IMG/VR virus record: IMGVR_UViG_3300030099_005838
Source of the DNA: a virus
Strand: one strand, 5' to 3'
DNA: 64,000 nt
Positions within the stretch are counted from its first letter, which is position 1; every line of letters starts with the position of its first letter. The translations under genes were made by a program, and so were the position numbers. A model generated the notes under the pieces. It was given only the letters and a program-made list of their open reading frames with translations. It was not told the DNA's origin and did not search any database. Below, one piece after another: positions 40,886-48,085 of this stretch.

Positions 40886-41621
40886 GGCACCAGGTCACAC
40901 AGGATTAGATGTAAGTGCTGGACATATTTCAGTAGATACTGCTTTCAGTATAAAATTAGATGGACCAACCGGTGGTGACTCCATTTCATCACCTTCTTCT
41001 AACACATTACAATTTATGACTGGTGGTGCTAAAAGATTGATTATCAATAATACACAAATAAGTGGTTCACAACACTCAACTGGTTCGTTTGGTGTTGTAC
41101 GGGCAGGTAATGGTGGTCCTCATGACCCTTCTTATCAATTTGGTGGTAACAGCGACGGTTTCTTCCACGATATATCTGCACCAGGTGAAGGTATTAAGTT
41201 AATGGTAAATAATGCAAATGAAGCATTGTTTGCAAATGGTGGTGACTTCCATGCTGATGGTGATGTTATTTCAAACTCGTCAACAATATCCGATTCTGTA
41301 TTTAAAACAGATGTAACAACGATAAGTTCTGCAGTAAACAAAGTTAAACAGCTAAGAGGTGTCAGTTTTAAATGGTTAAAAGGAAAAAGATCTGGTTCAG
41401 CTGATCTAGGTGTTATTGCACAAGAGGTTGAACCAGTATTACCTGAGATTGTTAAAACAAGACCACTACCGTTATGGCAAGATAAAGACCCGGAAATATC
41501 TGGTTCTTTTAAAACAGTTGATTACGAAAAATTAACTGCAGTCTTAATAGAAAGTGTTAAAGAACAACAAACAAAATTAGAACAACTTGAAGCGGAAATA
41601 GAAAAGTTGAAAGGTGGATAA
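35094..41621 (+). CDS. Giant modular fibre-like protein with a C-terminal Peptidase_S74-type chaperone
   Basis: Many GNVGIGTTSP units; C-terminus SDSVFKTDV...LRGVSFKW...GVIAQEVEPVLPEIV...VDYEKLTAVLIESVKEQQ. Confidence 0.8.
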   Translation: MAITTKKLIAEEYVVSSSVTLMTQSFASGSTVFGDSLDDTHRMTGSLFVSGGISTDGSAGGTATFKGTSAQSTLNLQTSVSNFVVGLSNSSGRLDLRPGGSTALTVINSGNVGIGNTSPGAKLTIGGSSSSGLHDIRLENSSAQIKIGVAGGGSDIVSSAVAGDFIISNVTGGTKSILFGIGTSEHMRVDHSGNIGIGQSSPSHPLDVAGVIRTTGTGTNSSVRLNNTTSSTGNEWQLYSYNNGDFSIYETSDRLYIKSNGNIGIGETSPDQKLHIKAATQMRLERASVASYDTLIDNLVTGDTADLTFQAQTSDTGFLFQSKNSSGTQINALAINEAGKVGIGTTNPDASLHISSSVGSSTSSLHIEGSGSSVVAVDGTQGRLFSITDELSGSLFSANTISGLPVIEAFSDNKVTLGPFSKPITVTSTGNISGSATSTGSFGSLVVADKVQGNLVASGNITTGGQILSPGGSNIALNPNTGLVTIANNLQLSGYVQAAGNLVSTGANAKISGSSTSTGSFGNVFVRDEIEITDSNTAICEGNNNSVRLKTNNGYIEIGPQNSTLAHIYTDRNQGFFFNRAIGVHNNKIYVGDFGSEIITIDPDVSGGSPKISGSASSTGSFGKVSVGTANPKFAHLNVEGDIALGTYAANMNRRIGLQRSDGGGWSNTPHITFSTDGGADASIKFSVIDSGVAGYADAVVIDKSGNVGIGETSPSVPLHVSGDGGASDPLATMLLESTSNHGGLVINAPASKQTHLRFQNNGSLKWQIRSPFHDGTNPDSLRIYSWTYGGDVMVFKNDGNVGIGTNNPVQKLHLHGGSMYMQTGQNITWNNGDVQIGAISGFHFRIQTYTGSSLTEKMRVTSGGNVGINTSSPSAKLHVSGAASTTATLIEGRTNGNVPILHIKDKADMFVAMFEGQRAGDTGAVVSIYHNPTTSQETNRTMLNFQMNDDGDNRTTYAQLFSGIDDHTDGTEDGNLQIKTVENGTLTEQMTINSTGVGIGETSPSFPLDVVKSANTGDPLTQATAYQLGIRNSNGNSGAATSIAFGHETFDFSAFISALRTSSGNHPTADLTFGARPSDNATFVERMRIVGASGNVGIGENSPSAKLQIKGGGITVSGSNDTSPIQAMLIKTSAASSQGLIGVEGNTAGAFITGTVARAMVVASSASGTALQLGAAGSVGLTMLSNGDIGINDTSPSFKLDVNGTGRFTGNVALSGDNAQLSIGHTGETHWGTGFDILEVGHSMALFCETADGADRNAFVANNLYADGDGLKRHYTDQTVSILLRAGFIAFRTDASGTAGAVFTPSERMRITEDGNVGIGTTSPVGLLTLYDPASGDNKLRFQNSTTGVTTSDGSRIGLNGAELFINNIESSNIKIYTGSTQTQGITIDSSGKVGIGITSPTGKLQVAGDIVIAQGSKLKEPDGNAYISFDSSYHITGSSAGDIVFDIDNNGNETNSFLRITKDNQATELMRVQENGNVGIGTNNPDVKFHVFDSSALSVEFESSTGNVDLTINSGTDGAVEKSSILLQANSSNKWEILKTTSDNFQIYDYGRSAGVLDIISNGNMGLMADGGNVGIGTTSPDTKLHLADSSDVYLTLESTHASTPEEAAIKYSNSSTSANYWWAGLNQSDDYSLAYGTSFSGANTRFLVTETGNVGIGVTDPDSALEVKSSDDTFLKVSTGNDTFHARIKASISNDTPMQMTGISGHAWMKQRGGDGEVTFLTNGGNERMRIDGSGNVGIGTTNPGATLDILGPSDGVNLRLSDVAGNSTTKEARIGVRHYTEAEEDTALMYAQSGNGTSAVYIGGGTGVMNAVELIGFVTAATDTTLSGTTRMVIDSGGKVGINHDSPSAVLEVKGQTGVSSTALITHGLVQMKTTHNDSSELRHQFSMGGASDPGSYNIYQGNASTIGVHLDAGDDSFFLNSVGIGGAPGHTGLDVSAGHISVDTAFSIKLDGPTGGDSISSPSSNTLQFMTGGAKRLIINNTQISGSQHSTGSFGVVRAGNGGPHDPSYQFGGNSDGFFHDISAPGEGIKLMVNNANEALFANGGDFHADGDVISNSSTISDSVFKTDVTTISSAVNKVKQLRGVSFKWLKGKRSGSADLGVIAQEVEPVLPEIVKTRPLPLWQDKDPEISGSFKTVDYEKLTAVLIESVKEQQTKLEQLEAEIEKLKGG

Positions 41622-41624
41622 AAA

Positions 41625-42311
41625 GTGGCCTTACAATACAATCCAAAAATAATAACAAAAGGTTTGGTTATGAACTTAGATACTGCCGATAAAAACAGTT
41701 ATCCTGGTTCGGGTACGACTTGGACAGATTTATGTGGAAATGGTTTTAATGCAACGGTAGGTAGCAGTGTAAGTTTCCAGACAGTTCATGGTGGAGTTCT
41801 CCGAACATTGAATTCAGAAACTAACACTAATCAAAAGATAGAATCCGTTGGTTCTATAAATATTGCTGCATGGAATAAGTACACCTTTGAAATATGGTTT
41901 AAGAATAACGGTTCACAAGGAGGTGATTGTAGTGCATTTGGTTTTGACAATGGGAGTCAAACCAGCTATGGTGCGCGATATCAAGGTTCACAAGTTCAAA
42001 CTTGGATAAATGGAACTTTGGACTTTGGATTAAGTTTCACTGCAGATACAGCAATTCAACAAATAGTAATAACCGGAGATGGACAAACATTCAAGTTGTA
42101 CAAAAATTCTCTCTTGGCAACAACTAAAACTGCAGATGTAACAAATACAGGTCCAGATATACAAAGATTTCATATGAATTCAGATACAAGGACATCTTCT
42201 AACAATGGATATAATGGTGACTATGCAATATGTAGAATGTATAATGAAGTCCTAACACCAACTGAAATAAAACAAAATTACGATGTAAATCGTCCAAGAT
42301 TTGGAGATTAA
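41625..42311 (+). CDS. LamG/concanavalin A-like lectin-fold virion protein
   Basis: GLVMNLDTADKNSYPGSGTTWTDL...YTFEIWFK...CRMYNEVLTPTEIKQNY..RFG. Confidence 0.7.
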   Translation: MALQYNPKIITKGLVMNLDTADKNSYPGSGTTWTDLCGNGFNATVGSSVSFQTVHGGVLRTLNSETNTNQKIESVGSINIAAWNKYTFEIWFKNNGSQGGDCSAFGFDNGSQTSYGARYQGSQVQTWINGTLDFGLSFTADTAIQQIVITGDGQTFKLYKNSLLATTKTADVTNTGPDIQRFHMNSDTRTSSNNGYNGDYAICRMYNEVLTPTEIKQNYDVNRPRFGD

Positions 42312-42313
42312 TT

Positions 42314-43018
42314 ATGGGAGTAGCAAGTAATCCATCAATAGTAAAGTCAGGCCTTATAGGATTTTACGATGCAGTTGCAACAGGTTCCTCTGCAAGCACC
42401 TGGCAGGATTTATCAGGCAACAGTAATAATATCACGTTATCAGGTACTCCTACTATGGCTTCTTATAATCAACAATCCATTATGCATTTGGAAAAGGAAG
42501 ATGGTCAATACGGTACATTTGGTAGTAACCTGTTTTCTGGTTTGACTACTATGACAGCTAATTTTTGGGTACGATTTGAACAAGTTCAAAGTAGTGCTAC
42601 TACACCCTACTATCAATTACTAATTTTTGAAACATGTTGTTGGATAGCACAATATGGAGGAAAGATAGGAATAGATTTATCTGATGGTAGTTGGTTCGAT
42701 GGTAATGGTGGAACTAATACAGGTGCACAAATAGACGATGGTGGAAGCAATATAACAACAGGTAAGTGGTATAATCCATGTTTTACTTGGGGTGGTACTA
42801 CAGTTAATTGTTACATGAATGGTGAACATCAAAGGTCAAGAACCACAACCGGCGTCGATACTTTAGGTTCAGGAACGACACCAAGAAGAATTGCTTTTAG
42901 GGGAGCGAATACTCAATTTGATGGTGACCTTACTATAATTCAGTTGTACAATAAGACATTAAGTGCTAAAGAGGTGAGACAAAATTATAATGCATTTAAA
43001 GGCAGATTTGGATTATAA
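42314..43018 (+). CDS. LamG/concanavalin A-like lectin-fold virion protein
   Basis: GLIGFYDA..WQDLSGN..MTANFWVR..WYNPCFTW..YMNG..IQLYNKTLSAKEVRQNYNAFKGRFGL. Confidence 0.75.
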   Translation: MGVASNPSIVKSGLIGFYDAVATGSSASTWQDLSGNSNNITLSGTPTMASYNQQSIMHLEKEDGQYGTFGSNLFSGLTTMTANFWVRFEQVQSSATTPYYQLLIFETCCWIAQYGGKIGIDLSDGSWFDGNGGTNTGAQIDDGGSNITTGKWYNPCFTWGGTTVNCYMNGEHQRSRTTTGVDTLGSGTTPRRIAFRGANTQFDGDLTIIQLYNKTLSAKEVRQNYNAFKGRFGL

Positions 43019-43085
43019 AAAAACATTTTTTTTTGTATTTGAGATATTTATTTAATAGTTATTAATAACCAAATAGGAGTTACAA

Positions 43086-43397
43086 ATGTCAGAAATTAAA
43101 TTTTCAGAGGAAGAGCTAAAGTCTCTTCAGGATTTAAGTCAAAAATATCAAGCAATTCAAGCAGGATTCGGACAAGCTAAAGTTCAAAAGATGGTTTTAG
43201 AACAACAGATGGATAATTTAGAGGAAGCAGAATCCAAGCTAGAATCTGATTGGGTTGAAAATCAAGAAACTGAAAGGTCTTTAGTTGCAGAACTTACTGA
43301 GAAGTATGGTCCTGGTACATTAAATCCTGAAACAGGAGTTTTCGTACCTACACCGCAGCCTGAAGCTCAACCAGAAGTTGTAGAAGAAGAATCATAA
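43086..43397 (+). CDS. Hypothetical coiled-coil protein upstream of the sheath gene
   Basis: 103 aa; AGGAG SD and its own candidate promoter. Confidence 0.6.
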   Translation: MSEIKFSEEELKSLQDLSQKYQAIQAGFGQAKVQKMVLEQQMDNLEEAESKLESDWVENQETERSLVAELTEKYGPGTLNPETGVFVPTPQPEAQPEVVEEES

Positions 43398-43423
43398 AAA
43401 AATAAAATAAATTTCTAGCGAAA

Positions 43424-43454
43424 TTGTATTTGGGAAAATTAAATTATATTTATA
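43424..43454 (+). promoter_or_regulatory. Bipartite promoter TTGTAT-N17-TAnTTA
   Basis: Identical spacing at 43033/43056, 43424/43447, 57425/57448 and 61854/61877, all intergenic and upstream of genes. Confidence 0.6.
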
Positions 43455-43488
43455 TATAATCTAATTTCTAAATTTAAGGAGAAAACAC

Positions 43489-45996
43489 ATGGCAGAGAGA
43501 ATAGTCAGTCCAGGTGTATTTACTCGTGAAAGGGATTTATCTTTCTTACCAACTGGTGTAGCAAATATTGACGCAGTAATTGTAGGTCCAACTCTAAAAG
43601 GGCCTTCTTTTGTACCGACTCAAGTTACATCAATGACAGAGTTTGAAAGTGTGTTCGGTTCTTTTTCGAGTGATATCTATACACCATATACCGTTAATGA
43701 ATACCTACGATCAGCCGGTTCGGTTAAAGTAGTGAAAGTAGGATATTTAGGTGGTTACAAAGTTTCAGGTTTTAATTTAGTTGTATCACAATCTGAAGCA
43801 CCAGGAAGACATCCAAATATGGTAGTTGCAACATTTTTACCAGCAATAAATAATGTTGGTGGTTCATTAAGTGGTTCTTTAGAACATACTGATACGGGTG
43901 GTAATCGGCGTGCACACGGGTCTGCAAGTAAATTCGATCTCACTATAAACGGTACAAATGCAACCGCAAGTTTAAGTAATTTAACAATACTGGAATCAGG
44001 CGGAGGCACTACGTCTAACTTTTTTGCAGAACAGATACCCGATATAGCTACGGGAAAGAAGATTGGTTCTACTGATGCTCCAGCTTACATATACAAACAT
44101 TTCAGAAGTAATATAGCTGATTTGAATAGTCTTATCACACCATCAGGTAGTTTAAGAATAGAAAACTTCTCTGTCGCAAGTGGATATGACTTTACGTCAG
44201 GCACGGAAACTATAACTGAAAATAATAACAGTATTGATATTACTATAACAGGTAATAGTGATGCCACAAATGCTAGAACACCTTACATTCAAGATCAGAA
44301 TGGGACTAATTTATTCAAAATTTATACCAGAGCCGATGGTACTGAGACAAATAATCATTACGTTATGATTCGTGATGTTAAAAAGCCATCTAATTCTAAT
44401 TCAAGTCCTGAGTTTGCTGAATTCGGATTACAACTGTATGATTTAAGTGCAAATCTTATGGAATCATTCAACAAATTGAATTTAGATCCTGATTCACCTA
44501 ATTTCATTGCAAAAGTAATTGGTGACCAATTTCAGAAAGTTGATAATGAAGGTAATGTGACAATGTATGGAAATTATCCTAATCTTGCAAGACATATCAG
44601 AATCGGTGATTATGATGAGGAAGCATTTAAGTCAAATAAGACTTCACAGCCAATGGGATTTGCTGCTATATTAGATCCAGTCAAATCCTCTGCCCTAATC
44701 CAAGTTCCTACCGCTTCTTTTTCACTAAAACAGGTGGATTTCAGACAGGATGTGAATCAGTATTTAGAAGAAGCTCCTTATGGGTTTAAGATAGATGAAA
44801 GATTTCACGACGAATCATCACTTCTTGCTAATAGAGCACTTATGGCTCCAATACCTAAGACTGAGAGTGTAGGTGGTAATGTTGCATTCAGTCTATTGAA
44901 TATGAAAGGATTTGGAAGTGCAACGACATCTCCAAGTGATACAACTCTTACAGCTGAGAATTCAAATTGGGCTACTGAGTCAATATTTTTGAGTGTATCA
45001 TCATCTGTTAAACAGATGAAGTTTGCAGTTCCATTTCAACATGGATTTGATGGTATAGATCCTGCAAGAGCTCTCAATACTGGTAATGCAATAACATCTG
45101 CTAATTCAATGGGATTTGATTGTTCAACAACAACCGCTAGTGGTTCTGTCGCCTACAAAAGAGCAATTAACGCAGTATCGAATCCAGATGAAATAGATAT
45201 AAATATGTTAGTGACACCAGGTATGGTACATAGTTTACACTCACCCGTAACAAATCATGCTATCAATAAAATTGAAAGTCGTGGTGATGCATTTTATGTG
45301 ATGGATGGTTCAGGATATAGTGCAAATGTAAATACCGCAGTGAACGATGTCGCAACATTGGATACCAATTTTGTAGCTAGTTATTATCCTTGGGTTAAGA
45401 TAGATGATCCAGGCAGGGCTGGTAATATGGTTTGGGTTCCGCCTTCAGTTGTAATCCCTGGTGTGATAGCATTTACCGATAGGGTAGCACATGAATGGTT
45501 CGCACCTGCTGGTTTAAATAGAGGTGGATTATCTAGTGTAAGGATGGCCAAAAAGAAATTAACTCACACCGATAGGGATACACTCTATGAAGGAAGAGTT
45601 AATCCAATCGCAACATTTCCAGGTCAGGGGGTTGTGGTATTTGGACAAAAGACACTACAGGCTAAACCATCTGCTTTAGATAGAATCAATGTAAGAAGAT
45701 TGTTGATTAGACTGAAGAAGTTCATCGCCTCATCAAGTAGATTCTTAGTATTCGAACAAAATGATTCATCTACAAGATCCAGATTCTTAAATATTGTAAA
45801 TCCATTTTTGGAATCAGTACAAGCAAATAGTGGTTTGAGTGCATTCAAAGTTGTTATGGATGATTCGAATAATACTCCAGACGTAATTGATAGAAATCAA
45901 TTAGTAGGACAAATATTCATTCAACCAACAAGAACTGCAGAGTTTATTGTACTTGACTTTACAGTATTACCAACTGGTGCAGCATTTCCTGAATAA
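43489..45996 (+). CDS. Contractile tail sheath protein (T4 gp18-like)
   Basis: MAERIVSPGVFTRERD, GPTLKGP, EWFAPAGLNRG, LYEGRVNPI, GQKTLQ..PSALDRINVRRLL, IFIQPTRTAEFIVLDF. Confidence 0.96.
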   Translation: MAERIVSPGVFTRERDLSFLPTGVANIDAVIVGPTLKGPSFVPTQVTSMTEFESVFGSFSSDIYTPYTVNEYLRSAGSVKVVKVGYLGGYKVSGFNLVVSQSEAPGRHPNMVVATFLPAINNVGGSLSGSLEHTDTGGNRRAHGSASKFDLTINGTNATASLSNLTILESGGGTTSNFFAEQIPDIATGKKIGSTDAPAYIYKHFRSNIADLNSLITPSGSLRIENFSVASGYDFTSGTETITENNNSIDITITGNSDATNARTPYIQDQNGTNLFKIYTRADGTETNNHYVMIRDVKKPSNSNSSPEFAEFGLQLYDLSANLMESFNKLNLDPDSPNFIAKVIGDQFQKVDNEGNVTMYGNYPNLARHIRIGDYDEEAFKSNKTSQPMGFAAILDPVKSSALIQVPTASFSLKQVDFRQDVNQYLEEAPYGFKIDERFHDESSLLANRALMAPIPKTESVGGNVAFSLLNMKGFGSATTSPSDTTLTAENSNWATESIFLSVSSSVKQMKFAVPFQHGFDGIDPARALNTGNAITSANSMGFDCSTTTASGSVAYKRAINAVSNPDEIDINMLVTPGMVHSLHSPVTNHAINKIESRGDAFYVMDGSGYSANVNTAVNDVATLDTNFVASYYPWVKIDDPGRAGNMVWVPPSVVIPGVIAFTDRVAHEWFAPAGLNRGGLSSVRMAKKKLTHTDRDTLYEGRVNPIATFPGQGVVVFGQKTLQAKPSALDRINVRRLLIRLKKFIASSSRFLVFEQNDSSTRSRFLNIVNPFLESVQANSGLSAFKVVMDDSNNTPDVIDRNQLVGQIFIQPTRTAEFIVLDFTVLPTGAAFPE

Positions 45997-46013
45997 TAGG
46001 GGAGTACTAAAAT

Positions 46014-46041
46014 AAAGGGGAGTTTTACTCCCCTTTTTTTT
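46014..46041 (+). terminator. Rho-independent terminator after the sheath gene
   Basis: GGGGAGT-ttt-ACTCCCC followed by T8; a second copy of the 5' arm (AGGGGAGTA) lies at 45998-46006. Confidence 0.8.
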
Positions 46042-46151
46042 ATTCTAAAAAACTATGAAAAAACTAAGAATGAAAATAACATTCATTTGAATGATTTTTC
46101 AATTTCCTTATATTTATATATGAGAATTAAATTATTAATAGGAGAACTGAA

Positions 46152-46640
46152 ATGCCAGACTTAATCGATCCTTCAGAAATTATGTTCACTCCTTTTGAAC
46201 CTAAACTAAAGAATAGGTTCATTATGTACATAGAAGGGATTCCTGCATATATAATTAAAAGTGGAAACAGACCTAATATTCAATTTGAAGAAATAGTTTT
46301 AGATCATATCAACGTACAGAGATATGTAAAAGGAAAAGGTGTCTGGCAACCATTGGATATAATGTTATACGACCCAATTGTACCAAGTGGTGCACAATCT
46401 GTAATGGAATGGGTAAGATTATCACATGAATCCGTAACTGGTAGAGATGGATATTCAGACTTCTATAAAAAAGATGTTACTTTTAATATGTTAGGTCCTG
46501 TCGGAGATAAAGTAGAAGAGTGGACTTTGAAAGGTGCTTATATCGCTAATGCGAATTTCGGAACAATAGATTGGTCTGTAAATGAATCAGCTGATATAAC
46601 ACTAACACTTAGATACGACTACGCTATCCTACAATTCTAA
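46152..46640 (+). CDS. Tail tube protein (T4 gp19-like)
   Basis: 162 aa after the sheath gene; EPKLKNRF, GKGVWQPLDIMLYDP, EWVRLSHE..TGRDGY..FYKKD, EEWTLKGAY, ITLTLRYDYA. Confidence 0.92.
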   Translation: MPDLIDPSEIMFTPFEPKLKNRFIMYIEGIPAYIIKSGNRPNIQFEEIVLDHINVQRYVKGKGVWQPLDIMLYDPIVPSGAQSVMEWVRLSHESVTGRDGYSDFYKKDVTFNMLGPVGDKVEEWTLKGAYIANANFGTIDWSVNESADITLTLRYDYAILQF

Positions 46641-46649
46641 GGAGTTTAT

Positions 46650-46859
46650 ATGAGTTTTTTAAGGGAAATGCTTAGCAGTGATGCGAAGATTTCAAGTAAA
46701 AGATTTGTCGGTTTTATGGCATTCTTTATGTTAATATGTAGTTGGGGTGCTGATACCTTTTCTGCATTTGAGGTAAAAGATAAGATATTAGAATGTTTTA
46801 TGTACATTTCAGTCGTTGGACTGGGTGTTACAGCTGCCGAAAAATTTGGTAAAAAATAG
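46650..46859 (+). CDS. Small two-TM membrane protein (holin-like)
   Basis: ISSKRFVGFMAFFMLICSW and FMYISVVGLGVTAAEKFGKK hydrophobic segments, basic C-terminus. Confidence 0.45.
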   Translation: MSFLREMLSSDAKISSKRFVGFMAFFMLICSWGADTFSAFEVKDKILECFMYISVVGLGVTAAEKFGKK

Positions 46860-46891
46860 TTATAGTTCTTAATTCAATATAGGAGTCAATT

Positions 46892-47635
46892 ATGGCTGAG
46901 AATAAGTTTCCCACAGAGGTGGTTAGTCTGCCCTCAAAGGGATTGTTGTACCCTAAAGAGAGCCCTCTTTCAAGCGGTGAAATAGAAATAAAATATATGA
47001 CAGCAAGAGAAGAAGATATACTTACCTCTGCAAACCTAATTAAGAAAGGAATTGTCATAGATAAATTACTAGAATCTTTGATTGTTAATAAACAAATAAA
47101 AGTAGATGAGTTATTGGTTGGAGACAAAAATGCTGTTCTAATTGCATCACGAATATTAGCATACGGAAAAGATTATACAGTTACATATATGGGTAAAGAG
47201 GTGAAGGTTGATTTAACCAAATTAAAAGATAAAAAGATGAATGAGAAGTCAATCAGTAATGGTAACTTCTTTGAAATGGAATTACCTGCAACCAAAAGAA
47301 AGATAGGATTTAAACTACTTACTGCAGGAGATGAAAAGGAAATAGATAAAGAGGTAAAAGGTTTGGAAAAAATTGGTGGTGGTGTGACATATACATTAAC
47401 CACAAGATTTAAACATCAGATAACATCGGTAGATGGAAATCCAGATGTTAAACATATCAGAGACTTTGTAGACAATGAATTCTTATCACGTGATTCAATC
47501 GCTTTCAGAGAGTATGTTGATAAGATTACTCCTGATGTTGATATGAATTGGGAATACACAGATGATGAAGGCGAAAGGAGAAGATTTACGGTCCCAATGA
47601 CCGTTTCGTTTCTTTGGCCTTCCGTTAGAGTATAA
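46892..47635 (+). CDS. Baseplate hub assembly / tail assembly chaperone (T4 gp26-like)
   Basis: LPSKGLLY, IKYMTAREEDIL, GDKNAVLIASRILAYG, REYVDKITPDVD, ends FLWP. Confidence 0.8.
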   Translation: MAENKFPTEVVSLPSKGLLYPKESPLSSGEIEIKYMTAREEDILTSANLIKKGIVIDKLLESLIVNKQIKVDELLVGDKNAVLIASRILAYGKDYTVTYMGKEVKVDLTKLKDKKMNEKSISNGNFFEMELPATKRKIGFKLLTAGDEKEIDKEVKGLEKIGGGVTYTLTTRFKHQITSVDGNPDVKHIRDFVDNEFLSRDSIAFREYVDKITPDVDMNWEYTDDEGERRRFTVPMTVSFLWPSVRV

Positions 47636-47828
47636 GAAAGAAATACACGAACAAATATTTCAGATAAGCTTCAATTCACAGGGTATGTTTTCTTTTACAG
47701 AGATGTACAACATGCCTATATATCTACGCACATTTTACTTTAAAAGACTACAGAAACATTTCAAAGAACAGGCTGCCGAATATGAAAAAGCTCGTAGTGG
47801 AGCATCAAAGCCTTCATTTAAAAAGTAG
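47601..47828 (+). CDS. gp51-like small ORF in the +1 frame overlapping the 3' end of the gp26-like gene; no start codon in its first 28 codons
   Basis: Translates PFRFFGLPLEYKKEIHEQIFQISFNSQGMFSFTEMYNMPIYLRTFYFKRLQKHFKEQAAEYEKARSGASKPSFKK*; YNMPIYLR resembles the gp51 'ENMMPWER' motif; absent from the ORF track. Confidence 0.55.
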   Translation, partial: PFRFFGLPLEYKKEIHEQIFQISFNSQGMFSFTEMYNMPIYLRTFYFKRLQKHFKEQAAEYEKARSGASKPSFKK

Positions 47829-47882
47829 ATTAGTTGATATTTATTATTGAACCCATCTAAAAAATTTACACGGAGATAATTT

Positions 47883-48083
47883 ATGAAACTAACAGAACAG
47901 GGATTTTTAGATAAGCTATATCAAAAATGGAGAGATAAAAAGCTAAGCGGTACCGCAAAAAAAATGTTAGATACTAATCCTGAGCTGAAGAAAGCATTTA
48001 TTAATATTAATAAATCTAATCAACGTGCGATGGACATAATGTGTAAAAAATATCCAAACTTAAAAAACTGTCTTAAAAAGTAA
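47883..48083 (+). CDS. Hypothetical protein
   Basis: 66 aa; GGAG and TATTTATT upstream. Confidence 0.5.
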   Translation: MKLTEQGFLDKLYQKWRDKKLSGTAKKMLDTNPELKKAFININKSNQRAMDIMCKKYPNLKNCLKK

Positions 48084-48085
48084 TT

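Larger units (their letters stand above)
20370..41093 (+). repeat. Dispersed ~35-bp in-frame repeat family, consensus ATAAGTGGTTCA(G/T)CAACCTCAAC(T/C)GGTTCGTTTGG (ISGS[AS]TSTGSFG)
   Basis: About 33 copies counted by eye across four ORFs, e.g. near 21871, 22890, 24142, 28400, 29941, 30951, 31740, 33127, 36624, 41058. Confidence 0.9.

Noticed and set aside
20370-41093. Repeated ~35-bp units as a CRISPR array
   Set aside because: Spacing is 100-900+ bp and variable, all copies are in frame inside long ORFs, and no cas genes are present
21800-43018. Diversity-generating retroelement acting on the fibre/LamG genes
   Set aside because: No reverse transcriptase in the window; duplicated segments I compared (e.g. 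~29215 vs ~36415) differ at synonymous positions rather than adenine-specifically. A DGR elsewhere in the genome cannot be excluded.
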